Source: Nymphaea colorata
Lineage: Eukaryota
Assembly: GCF_008831285.2 (NCBI RefSeq)
Contig: NC_045138.2
Span: forward strand, 1,302,001-1,366,000
Length of the DNA: 64,000 nucleotides
Reading direction: 5' to 3'
The notes beneath the pieces are model-generated. The model saw nothing but the letters and a program-made list of their open reading frames with translations. It ran no database searches and was not told where the DNA came from. Shown here piece by piece: positions 39,290 to 51,963 of this stretch. Position numbers and translations under genes: made by a program. Position 1 is the stretch's first letter. Every line of letters starts with the position of its first letter.

Positions 39290-41583
39290 TGAAATATATT
39301 ATTAAAAAGTTAAAATTGTGATGTATGAATCAAATTATAATAGTAGGGAAAGCTTAAATCAATCTTTTGTAAAATTTTATAAAATCTAGTTTATACATTG
39401 ATCGGAGGATTTTCTTAGATTAATATTTTTTTGAAAGGTGCTATCATGATAGTATTAAGGAGTATTGAGTTAGGTTTATCCTTGGAGGGTTACTAGTTGG
39501 TAGCTAATGTGGTAGAGTTTTTACCCTTTTTTTTTCTCTCTTCCTCTCCGTCTTTCTCTTTTTTACCATCTGTTCCATCCGCAATGGTTGACAATTTACC
39601 TGATGTCTTGGTTCATTTGTTCATGGTAGGTTTGGGAAGAGAGCAACAACCAAAAATATTCAAAAACTCACAGCCAAGTGTTGCTTCTATCAAATGCATT
39701 GTGAAGACAGATGTCTACCTCGTGCTTTCCTTTGCATTTGCTGGAGGATGTCTTTTTCTTTTGATTATCTCTTTCTCTCCTCCTCTTGCTTTTGTTCATG
39801 TCATGGTTACTTTTCTTTATCCTTTTTTTTGTCCTTACTTTGTCTTCTAATCTTTTTTTATGTCTAATTTTTGTTGATTGGTGATGCTGACAGAGCTAGA
39901 AATTTTTCATGAATAAGGTCAAATTAAAGTTTTTAAATTTTAACAGGCTTCAAAATATCATGTTTCAAAATTTTTATATAAGACAAGTGATTTTTTTTAA
40001 AAAAAATTACATGTACATTTAAAAAAATTAAGTGCCGCCGGGGCCCATGCGGGCCCCCCCTTTCGCCCATGATGCCCGGTCTCTAGAGTTTTGTCGTTAG
40101 TAAATTTCTTTGTCAGTTCTCTCTCTCTCTCTCTAGCTATTTTGAACACCATAATGAAGATTAAGCATCATAATTGAGATCGTTGTCGTAAATTAAATGC
40201 ATCGCGTTGTTAGCAATTTCAAGATAACATAAAAAAGGATGATTAAAACCATCGCGTTGTTAGCAATTTCAAGATAACATAAAAAGGGCTGATTAAAACT
40301 GTAGAGCACCTAAGAATTGCGATTAATTTATTTGATCTTCTTTGTTCTATGTGTTATGAATTATTAACGTGATTTTGTCTTAAGCTAATTAATTTTGTAT
40401 TATTTAGTGAGTTGGTCAGCTTTTATACTAAAAAAATCCCTTTTTTTTTTGGCAATATCATGAAAATTGAAAAAACTGTCATCCAAACACATTTTTAATT
40501 TCTGTGTCTAATCTGCCGATGAAGCCAATGGTAAAAAGAAAAAACTAACATAAATTAATGTGATGTGTAGGATTTATTAAATAAAAAAAGTTTTAAAACA
40601 ACATAAAAGATCACTTCCATGGCTCACAAGTTTTAAAAACAATATCAAAGACCTTCAGTGTTCAAAGTAGCAAATTGGATTCGAATCGGATCCATGTAGA
40701 ACTAATACAAAATTTTACTTCCTCTTTGGGTGGCTGAGTTTCACAATGAAAACACTAGGGATGTCGATGGTGCATAATGTAATGTTTGATTCATTTTCAG
40801 ATTCGACTAGTTTAAGCTTTTTAAGAAAAAGTTAGATTGGATGGTAAATTGGATATGGATTTGTTGCATGATTTTCTTTTCAATTTGGACTGGATATCCA
40901 AGCCTTTTTCATTCTTTCAAAAGACAAATTGTAAGTCAGGCCCAATCCTGGCCTGACACCTGAAATTCAGGCCCAGCTCGGGTCGGGCCCAATCAATTTA
41001 AATTATAAAATATATATTTTAATATAAAATCATATATAAATAATAAAATTATAATAAAATAATTATATATTTAAAATAATAAAATATACTTTAAAAATTA
41101 TTATTGGGCCCATCTGGCCCAGTCCCATAACATTTCCAGCTGACAGGTTGCCATTTTTTTTTTAAGGCTCGAGCTCAAACCCAAGCTAGCGGAGGGCTTG
41201 AACCCAAGGTAGGCGGAGTACCCAAGGTAGGGGGAGTATCAGGTAACCCATGACGTCCCAATCTTAATAAATTGTCAACCTCCTACTCAATAAAAAATAA
41301 AAAACATATGTTGTTAAATAATAGAATCGACCTCTCTCCAGCCAGTGCATGCATCGTTCCAGCCAACCGTTTTGGAGCAGCTGCCGATGGCTGGCAAGCA
41401 TAAGTTGGGTTGCAAATAAGTCACATCTCGTTTGAGGGTCTTGCCACTTTCAATCCCTATGCATTTAGCTGTGGCTGATTCAACCCATTTAAAACATCAT
41501 CTGATGTTATATTCATGCACTTCCACACACACAAGTGCATCTGCCTATTCAGGTGTTGCTTTATTCAGATCAAATTTGTGTTG

Positions 41584-41636
<53 letters not shown>

Positions 41637-42064
41637 AAGAGAGAGATTGGTAAAAACCAGACCAGGTAGATAAAGAAAAAAAGCAGACCCCTTAACATCA
41701 ACTATTGTTATTATTATTATTTTTTTTGCAATCTAACATTATGGGTATGGATATGATTTGACAGTAATTTGGTGAGAAACATACCTTAAGTTAGTAGGTT
41801 TTTTTTTCTTAAATAATGTTTTCTAATAATAAAAAAAATGAACTGTTCATACAACATCTAAATTTGGATAGTAAAAAGATTTCTTTTACAAAAATACTTA
41901 AACTAAAGCATGATTTATATTAAATTAGCATTTATATGGTTTTTATCCCTTACTCAAGCGGTCTGGGGTATCTACCAATATATATATATATATATAAACT
42001 GATTTATCCTAAATTAGTGTTTATATGGTTTCTATTTCTTACCCAAGTGGTTTGGTATGTACCA

Positions 42065-42114
<50 letters not shown>

Positions 42115-42600
42115 GTGCTCTGGTATCTACGTCGTTGGCAACAATAATGTATTCTCATGTTTTAGATAAGAGAGAAAGAGATTAATATTAAAACTGTGAC
42201 ACATTTAAGAGATTGCAGTTGTCCTATTTCATTTAATTTCTCCTATGGTGGTATGAATTGTCCAATCCATTTTGTCTTAAGCTAATTAATTCCACATTAT
42301 AATTTAGTTAGTTGGTTAAGGATCATAATAAAAAATGTGGATCTTTTCTTATGAAAATATCATGCAAGATGCATCTAGAACTAAATCTGATAAACAGTCC
42401 TCCAAACATGTTTAAATTTGTTGAAGTCAATGGAAGGAAGAACTAGATGGTCGTATGCTAAATCATTTGTAGGACAGTAGACCGCTCATCATGTGTGTGC
42501 CAATATCAAGTGGAGCTAAGCCTGGGCGTTGGGTCGTGTACCCAGTTGGCTCGACTAGGGCTCCATAAAAAGGCACCGGGTTGACCCGATAACTTAGTGG
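39290..42600 (-). repeat. Multi-kb non-coding module, copy B (inverted)
   Basis: Reverse complement of 10735-12580, 47230-47750, 49570-50720 and 53355-53550. Confidence 0.85.
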
Positions 42601-43113
42601 ACCTGAACTGAACCTACGGTAAGATACTCTGAAAGTGTCTTAATTTACATAACCTTTTCTTTGTCATGCTTGTATTAGGATAATATCGTCAGATTATTTA
42701 CTTTTTCATGCTGTCAGCACTTCTATTCTTGTTTGTTTGTTAATTATTTGCTGCTAGGCAGGAAAATGGATTTACAAGTCAGGGTATTGCAATGTTTCTT
42801 CTGCAAATGTGCTGCTGTTCGAGGGGCTTATCATTACATTCTTGTGTCGAACAGCAACTAGAATTTCTTCCATAACTATTCCTGTTGTCAATAATTGCAG
42901 TCCCTTAATGTAGAGATCCTTAGATGGTCTGATAAATACCAGCAGTGATCTGCCCACAAACATGATGTGCAGAACACATACGAAGCACTCCTATTTGAAG
43001 CACATGTATCAACCTTTTGAAGCTACTATTTTGTAACTGTTTGGGACATTTTGTTGGTTTTAGGTGGTGCATGTGGTTTTAGAGTGCAGGTTTGTAGACT
43101 TACTTGTCTGCAG

Positions 43114-43470
43114 GTGGTTGTGTCAACAAAATGTCCCAAATCTGCTAAGCAGTATGTGTTGGAAGGAGAAGCTAATAAAAGCTCCTTAACCATTAGAAAA
43201 GACAACCAGAAAAGCTTATTCAAAAAGGCATTTGTCTTATACTTTATTTGAAGGTATGCATTATTGCAGTTATTTCTTTGACAAATTGTGCATTATGCAG
43301 TGCCTAGCTACTGTCATATTTTTGTGAATAATGACTGATGATGCTATCTGATCCATCTGCTGGCAACAAAATGATAAGGATTTTGCTTTCCCTCAAAATA
43401 TTCAGAAGCTTGTGAGAATTACTCTCCATCTGTTGCATTTCCATATACACCTAGAAGATATACAAAAGAG
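43114..43470 (+). pseudogene. Fragment of an organellar HSP90 (HSP90-5/HSP90-6 type): two degenerate exons plus intron
   Basis: CAG|VVVSTKCPKSAKQYVLEGEANKSSLTI...LIQKGICLILYLK|GT, then NDKDFAFPQNIQKLV.NYSPSVAFP.YT...|GT. This matches VxVSTKSPKSDKQYVWEGEANSSSFTI...LIPRGTRxTLxLK...PERIQKLVKNYSQFVSFPIYT. Frameshifted. Confidence 0.85.
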
Positions 43471-45111
43471 GTATGCGCCAATTGGTATCCTGGTTAATCT
43501 CATTTCCTGAGAGATGAGGCATTGATAGATGTAGTTTAATCTTATTTTATAGCTACCAATATATTACTTTTCATATAAAAACTTATTGCCAGATCTAATT
43601 CGCAAACTTGTTCTAAGATAATATCAATTGAATGGGGAATTGAAAAATTCCACCAAACACTAATTCACTGTCACCATACTTGATATGCTGAATTGCTCAT
43701 CTAGTCACTCATGCAAATGGAAAACTAATTTCATTAGTAGTGGGATCCAACACTTAGTTGATCAGTACAACAGTTAAAAGCACATACTTGTATTTGTAAT
43801 GAAATAGTGGTTTTTGTTTTTAGATTTGTAGAAAGTAATGTTTTGCTGGGAAAAAAATGCCTTAGCTGGTCCTGGTGTGGTGTGATACTTTTTGACACCG
43901 TTATGAAGGAGCTATTCTCTTAGTGGCCCTCTAGCGAGTCCACTGATTCTACATAAAGCCGAAGGTGTTGCAACTCAAGCATCCATGTGCTTTTTCCTTT
44001 TACTCTGTCAAAGAACAAGTAGATTATCTTGTTTCAAAGATCATGTTCTTTTTTCTTTCTGAATGCCCTTTCTTAGTTTGCTTTAGGAAATGCATGAGCT
44101 TGGATAGTGTTTTTGTTAAAGAAATTATTGAAATGTCACTACAGTTGTAATATTTTGAGATGCATGAACTCCCCCTAGTAAAGTTTTGTTAATAATATAT
44201 TATAATTAAAAGTTTGATTAGGTAGTCATTCTGTTCCAGTAATGCCAATGAAATTTTTCATGAAGTAGGTAAATTCTATCATTTTTCTGCTCAAAAATTT
44301 AATATTTTGTTCCTGTTAGATACGTGGTTTAGATGAAACAGTGCAAATGAAAGCTAGCCAAATTGTGTGGTTTATATTTGATGCTCATTTCTTGAACACC
44401 AACCAGAGTCACTTGTTCAATGAAGAAATGCTACCTAATCCCATTTCCATTGTTCATTTTATCAAGTGAACAAGTCACGGAGAGAGCATGGTTTGTCTAG
44501 GAAGTCTTTACCATGGGAAAAGAGTCCAAGCATTGATCCTCCTTTGAATTGTCACTCACAAAAATCTCAGCAGAATCATTATGAGAGTCTTAAACAAATC
44601 ACATTGGAGCATCCTGTTTGAAAGGAACAATACTTAGATAGTCTCAAATTTAACAGCAAGAATAACAAATGAACACAATTGAAACCTTTAAATGTCATCA
44701 TTCTAAAAAAAAAAAGGAAAAAGGCTTGTCATTGCATGTCATATTCAAAGCAACACAGTAAAAGGTAATTTTCTCACACATGACCTGAACAGGATACTTC
44801 ATTGGCACCAAAGTCAAAATGGTAGACTAAGTACAGTACAACAGCAGATGAAATGGTAAAAATGTAGTATAGACTTTAGAGTAATTTCTATAGCATGTTT
44901 GGCATTAAAGGGACCATAAATCCTGGAAAAGTAAGCTAAAAGTTGCTTTATCTTCCAAGTGTACTAATGAAGCTCTTTGCTTGCTCCTGAAGCATAGTAA
45001 CTAAGAGGCATGAGGATGATCATGTGGACTCGTTCAATTCTCTGATATATAAGATGATGCCTTGCTCTTGTTTACCAGTATCCATCTAATTATTTACAAT
45101 TTTATGTGTAT

Positions 45112-45469
45112 CTATGACACACAGACACGGCTAAACTGCCCACGTACCCATGTCAACACTCAGACACTCGGATCTCGACACGGGACACGGCTGGGACACG
45201 CCAAAAAATTAAAGTTATTAATTTAATATTTTTTTTCATTTTATCATTTTTTTGTGATGCATCCAATTGTTTCCATGAATAATCCTTTCAAATACTCAGC
45301 ACTTTTGTGATAAAACAAACTTTCTTATGAGATTCTAAGAGTGAACTATTAATTTAATGTTTTTTTTATTTTACCATTTTTGAGAATATAAAATTTGTCG
45401 TGTCCACGTGTCCAAAAATTTTGAAAATTGCCATGTTCCCATACCCGTACCCATGCCCATGTGACATAG
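45112..45469. mobile_element. hAT-like MITE
   Basis: TIR CTATGACAC / GTGACATAG; 8-bp TSD ATGTGTAT/ATGTGCAT. Confidence 0.8.
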
Positions 45470-45493
45470 ATGTGCATGGTGATGCCTAGTGCA

Positions 45494-46016
45494 TGAATTC
45501 CTCACTCCTTGTAAATTATCACATATCTTAAAAGTATCATCTGATCGTGTGTTTCTATGTACATTATTATTCAAAATGAACTGTCACATCCACAATATCC
45601 TAAAATATCATCAAACGGCATCTTTTATGGATACAATTATCTTTCAAAATCTCATATTTTCCCAAAAATAATACAGTAATAGAGGCAATACTTTCTCTTT
45701 GTAGTAATATAATTTTATTACAAAATACATCCTAAAAAAGAAAGACATCTTCACCCCTAGGTGCAGTAAAAGAGATCTCAAGGATATATAGAGGCTCGAG
45801 TAATAGCTTTGACCAATCCAGAAAACAAAGAGAAAGGGAGAGAGATACTTCATACCGCTTTTTGTACTTTCTCTTCTTCTTCTTTTATATCAATGCTTCT
45901 TCTGTGATTCTTTCATGCCTCTCATTTCTTATCAACTCTCCATCTTTCATCTTTTTTTTCCTTTAGGTTGTGTTTGATCTGAGGTTGCATTAAAAGATGT
46001 GTTTTGAGAGATCCTC
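45494..46016 (-). repeat. ~530-bp dispersed repeat, copy 2
   Basis: Reverse complement of ~4360-4890. Confidence 0.85.
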
Positions 46017-46247
46017 AAAGGAGGAGAAAAGTTTGCTGAGCTAGGGATCTGCCAACTAATTTTAGTGCCACAATAAGCCCCAGGAAGAACCACAGAAGCA
46101 GTTCCCTGCAGAAATTATACAACAGAATAAAGTAGCAGTAGATTTTACAAAACTATGTGTTCAGCTTTCTACATAATTCTAAACCAGGTTGTCTAAACTT
46201 GTGTAATAAAAAAATCACACACTGCAGAAGCATGCCATGCCACATGC

Positions 46248-46338
<91 letters not shown>

Positions 46339-47813
46339 ATGAAATTAATATTAAAAAAAAATCTTATCGAGTCAAACAAGGCTTAGTCAGGCCCACCCGA
46401 GCTGGCCCCAATGCCTTTTTTCAGGTCCGAGTCGAGCCAGGTACCCGATCCGACACCCAGCCATAAGCTCAACTCGAGTTCGGCTGGGTTATGTATTGCT
46501 TGGCTCAATTCATTTAAGCCTGTGTTACTTGACTCTCTCTCTCTCTCTCTTTTTAATGGAAATGAAACCATGGAGAGTGTTAAAAATTCATAAAAAAATT
46601 ATCGGCATACAAAGATTAACAAACAGGGAAGACACGAGTCAAGTCGAGTTTGAACTCAAACTCGATTCGACTCTTTTATAACTCATAACTCAAGCAAGTT
46701 CAAGTTGAGCTCAAGTTGAGCATACACAAACAAGTTCAAGTCGAGTTCAAATTGGTTCAATTCATTGTATATCCAAGCAATATAACCAATATGTGAGTGA
46801 AAGAGTGCATGTGATGAGAGAGTCTAGTTGCGATTAACTGGTTCAGTCTACATGTAAGTGACAGACCTCAACTGAATACTAACGACAACGACCACTTTTC
46901 AGACGAAAAAATTTGTATGAAAATTTTAAAAATTTTAGTTTAGCATATATAAAAATTTTGAAAGTTTTTATTACAGCTCCTCTTAAAATTGTGAAACTAT
47001 AGTTGATCTATGGAACGAAAAATTGCTGGCTCCACCTAGGCCTGCTTATCGGGCCGACCTGACACTTGAAACCCCAGCCCGATCCTGGACCGATTAAAAC
47101 TAAAAAATATGTATATTAATATAAAATAATACTCGTAATAAATATTATAATATATAAAAATCAATAAAATTAATATTAAAAAAAATCTTATTGGGTCGAA
47201 CCGTGCTTAGTCTGGCCTACTAGGGTCGGTCCACTAAGTTATCGGGTCAACCCGGTGCCTTTTTTTTTAGCCCGGGTCCAACCAGGTACTGGGTACACAA
47301 CCCAACACCCAAGCTTAGCTTCACCCTCTTGATCTAATGGCTGGGGTTCTGATATTGGCATACCCATGTTGAGCGGTCTGCCGTCCTACAAATGATTTAG
47401 CATACCACCATCTAGTTCTTCCTTCGGTGCCATTGACTTTAACTGAGCAAACTCTTGTTTTCTGAATTTAAACATGTTTGGAAGACTGTTTCTCAAATTT
47501 AGTTCTAGATGCATCTTCCTTGATATTTTCATAAGGAAAGATCCGAATTTTTTATTATGAACCTTAACCAACTAACTAAATTATAATATGGAATTAATTA
47601 GCTAGACAAAATGGACTTGATAATTCGTACCACCATAGGGGAAATTAAATGAAATAAGACAACTGCAATCTCTTAAATGTGTCAGAGTTTTAATATTAAT
47701 CACTTTTTCTGTTATCTAAAACATGAGAATACATTATTTCCAATGGCGTAGATTTTGTCAATTTTAATATATATTATCAAATCTCAGTTTGACATCTAAT
47801 GCATCTTACTGAC

Positions 47814-48174
47814 AGTGGTGGAGCCAGCATTTTTTCCGTTAAGAGACACTTGAATTGGTAACATAAGTTTGGTGTGGGCAAGAGCGGAACCAGAGTTTTT
47901 TCGGAGGAGGGCCGAATTAAAGTTTTTAAATTTTGGCAGGGGCCAAAATATCATTTTTCAAACTTTTTGTATGAGACAAGTGAAATTTTCTAAAATTTAC
48001 TTGTAATTTTTTTAAAAAAAAGGTGGGTCCAGGGCCCATGCAGGCCCCCTTGGGTGTGGGCATAGCATGTAATTTTTGAGTCCTCACAATGTGATCTTGA
48101 GATGCTATAATAAGATTTTTGTTTGGCTGGTGTGGGCAATTGCCCACACCTGCCAACAAGTGGTTCTACCACTG
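47814..48174. mobile_element. MITE with a nested second MITE (~47880-48060)
   Basis: TIR CAGTGGTGGAGCC / GGTTCTACCACTG. The inner element resembles 11847-12030, 35468-35655 and 39890-40070. Confidence 0.65.
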
Positions 48175-49368
48175 CTTGCTGCCTCAAATCCCATTGAGAA
48201 GTTCTTGCTTTGGCACAATCAAGATGGCGTATCCTTGTGCGCCACTAAACTGTCGATTGAACATCACAACCGGCAACGGAGACAGGTATAGGGTAGGTTG
48301 CAAAGTGTATCTGAAGGTAGAAGCAGCCGAAGGATTGAAGTTCTCCCCCTTCTCCTCGCTGACTACTTCAGGACATGAGTGGACCCATAGTACACCGTTT
48401 ACTAGAGCACCGCACCATTTGCAGCCCAAAAGAGTAGTGCCTACGTGAATTGAACTGAAAATCAGGCTCTCACCAGCCCGCCAGTTTGACTAACTATGCT
48501 ACACCATTGAGACTGAAAATTGCTGCCTTCACTTGCTAGTCATAAAAGAGGAATACTTCCTTTACTTTAATTTTTTGAACATAAGTTCAAAAGGAAGTCT
48601 TTCTTGAATGGGATATAAATCAATCAAATTTGGACAACCGATTTCAAATAACCTTGATATAGAGAAAAAGAATTAACATATGATTAAGGAATCAGATCAA
48701 ATTCAGATATAAGAAAAAAATTGATTGGATGTGGATACGATTTTAAAAACTATCGAATCAGGTTTTGATCTGGATCTGGATTCAGTTTCAAACAAATATC
48801 TTATATCCATTATCCATACATTTTGGAAGTTAATTCTTAACATATATAATATGGTTGGGATTCAATTGCGCATTTGAAAGTCAGATTTGGATTTGATGCG
48901 AAAAATAAAAGTCGGTTTCGAATCAGATTCGGGTTGTGAATTTAAAAATTGGGTTATGATATAGTAGACTTTTATATGTTCGTATTAAAAATTAAACATG
49001 TCAATACCCAATAAATCAAATATGGTAAAATATACATCCAATTCAAATTTGAACTATTGACATCCGTGGGCTTGAACCTTCTTTAGCAATGTTAAATCCC
49101 TTTGTATGAGTCAATTTCAGAAAAATTGCCCAAACTTGATCACTTAACAAGTCTTGTTTGAGCTGAGTCAATTAAGCTTAGTTGACCTGGAGGAGGCTCC
49201 TTGACCACCACAATGTCTGGTCTTCGTGTGATGACTATATGCATTTCAATATAAGCTGGTTTCCAATTCACATCTGATGACTCCCATTGTGATAGCATGT
49301 TAATTGTTACCTAATTTCGACTTAATTAATTAAATCTTCTCCTATTGCTCTTTTTCTCTCTCTCTCTG

Positions 49369-49408
<40 letters not shown>

Positions 49409-49885
49409 CTACCAAACGAACCAAATATAACTGGTCTGCTAAGGGATGAGATTGGCTTCCTTATTATTTCCCTTGGCCTCAACTCTTCCTTGTAGCATTG
49501 AGATGAGCAAAAGGATAACTCTCTCTCCCCTTGATCGCTCAACTTCTAGCATTGAGATGGAGTATATATATAGTGATTGATAGATACCAGATTACTTGGG
49601 TAAGAGATAAAAACCACATATACACTAACTTAATATAAATCATGCTTTAGTTTAAGCATTTTTATTTAAAAAAACTACCCAAATTTTGATGTTGTGAAAA
49701 TGGTTATTTTTTTATTATTAAAGAAACGATTAACTTAAAGTATGTTTCTCAACAAATTACTTCTAAAATCATATTTTATAACCATAAGGTTAGATTGCCA
49801 AAATAATACTAATAATAACAATAGTTGATTTTAAGGGGTTTGGCTTTTTTTCTTTATCTAATTGGTCTAATTTTTACCAATCACA

Positions 49886-49965
<80 letters not shown>

Positions 49966-51963
49966 CAACACAAATTTGATCCCAATAAAACAATCTTGCC
50001 TTGTCCGTGTGGAAGTGCATAAATATAAAATCAGATGAAGTTTTAAATGGATTGGATCAGCGACAGTTAAATTGCAAAGTGATTGAAAATGACAAGAGGC
50101 TCAAACCAGATGTGACCTATTTGCAGCCCATCTTATGTAGCTGCCCCAAAACGGTTGGCTAGAAGAGAGCATGCACGGGCTGCACAGATGTCAATTCTAT
50201 TTAAAAACATTTTTTTTTAATTTTTTAGTGAATAGGAGGTTGACAATTTATTATTCAAAAAAAAAAAAAGACCAGAAGCTCTACATACAACAAATCCATA
50301 TCCAATTTACTAATCCAATCTAAATTTTCTTACAAAAGCAGACTAGTCGAATCTAGAATGAATCAAACATTAGATTATGTCTGCACCATCGACATCCCTA
50401 CTCAATTCTGTTTTCATTGTGAAACTCAACCACCCAAAGAGGAATTAAAACTTTGTATTAGTTCTAGATAGATCCGATTCAAATCCAATTGCTACTTTGA
50501 ATACTGAAGTTCTTTTATGTTATTTTAAAACTTGTGAGCCATCGACGAGATCTTTCATATTATTTTAAAACTTATTTTTATTTAATAAATCGTGCACATC
50601 ACATTAATTTATGTTGGCTCTTTTGACCATTGGCGTCATCGGCAGATTCTAGACACAGAAATCAAAAATGTGTTTGAATGACCGTTTTGTTCAACTTTCA
50701 TGATATTCCCGAAAAAAATCGAAATTTTTTTTTCTTTGTATTATTTAGTGATAACAGGATTTGCTTTGTCATGCAAATACTCTACACCTCTAGCTGCACC
50801 AACTACAATCTTCATACTAGTATTCCACTCAAGAGGTCTTCTTCCAGGTTGGACATCTGAATTGAACAAAAAAAAAAGTGCAAATTAACACTTGCATTCT
50901 TCAGCAATTGAGTTTCTGACAATAACATCTGTTCAGTCTCGGACCCAAAGAACTCGACACAAGCTTACAAATGAACCAAACAGAGGTGCATGTAGAAAAC
51001 ATGAAAACCAGTATATTCATTAAAATGCAGGTCAATTCAGAAACATCTTCACATCTACCAGCCTAACACCAGAAAAAAAAAAAAAAAAAAGCCTAAGAAG
51101 GTTCAGATCACAAGTGCGATATCTCATGTTACTTGGTTGAATGAAAACACTAATTTGAAGAGCACAGGAAACATCTTCAGAAGAATATGAGTTGCAAAAA
51201 GCAAATCAATTTTCAAGAGAAAAATTCTACTTTGGGTAGACTTGGTATTTTATCCAACCAAGAAGTTGACAATAACAAACACGTAATTTCTTGTACTAGT
51301 GCTTCTCTCGTGGACATGGCTTAGTTACCATGCTTTCAAGCATTTATCACAATGACAAACATGGCTTAACTAGCATAGAAAGACAAGATGATCAAACTGT
51401 TATGTTCTCAAACAAATAGCTGATACAATTTCAAAAGAATAGTGAGGCTAGAAACTCGTCTAAAGAAGGATTCAGAAGTTACAAGGGCCGTGATACCACA
51501 CAAATACAAGCATTTTGATGATTTAGTTGAGAGTCAGGTGCAAACATTTTGCTCTACAAGAAGACAACAATCCAAGAACAAAAATCAACCAGCATTTTCA
51601 CGTACAATTGAAACATGACACGTACTTCACCAAGGCAAGAAACCAACGAAAATCAAAAGGAAGAACAATCTAAATTACCAAACAGATGGTCTTCCATGCT
51701 GCCAATTGACATGTATTCATACACCAAAAGCCTCTGATCAACATCTGCGCAGTATCCAATCAGGTTAACAAGATTGGAATGGTGCAAAAGGCTTTTGGTG
51801 TATGAATACATGTCAATGGGCAGCTTGTTAAGCCTTTTGCACTATTTCAATCTGGAGGTGCTCATGTTAAGCCTTTTGCACCATTCCAATCAATGAGCAC
51901 CTCCAGATTGAAATAGTGCAAAAGGCTTAACAAGCTGCCCATTGACATGTATTCATACACCAG

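Noticed and set aside
42760..43000. Possible kinase exon (SSANVLLFEG)
   Set aside because: The resemblance is too short and lacks HRD/DFG support.
36327..46340. ORFs with YIYIYI, LSLSLS or ERERE runs
   Set aside because: They are translations of TA, CT and GA microsatellites.
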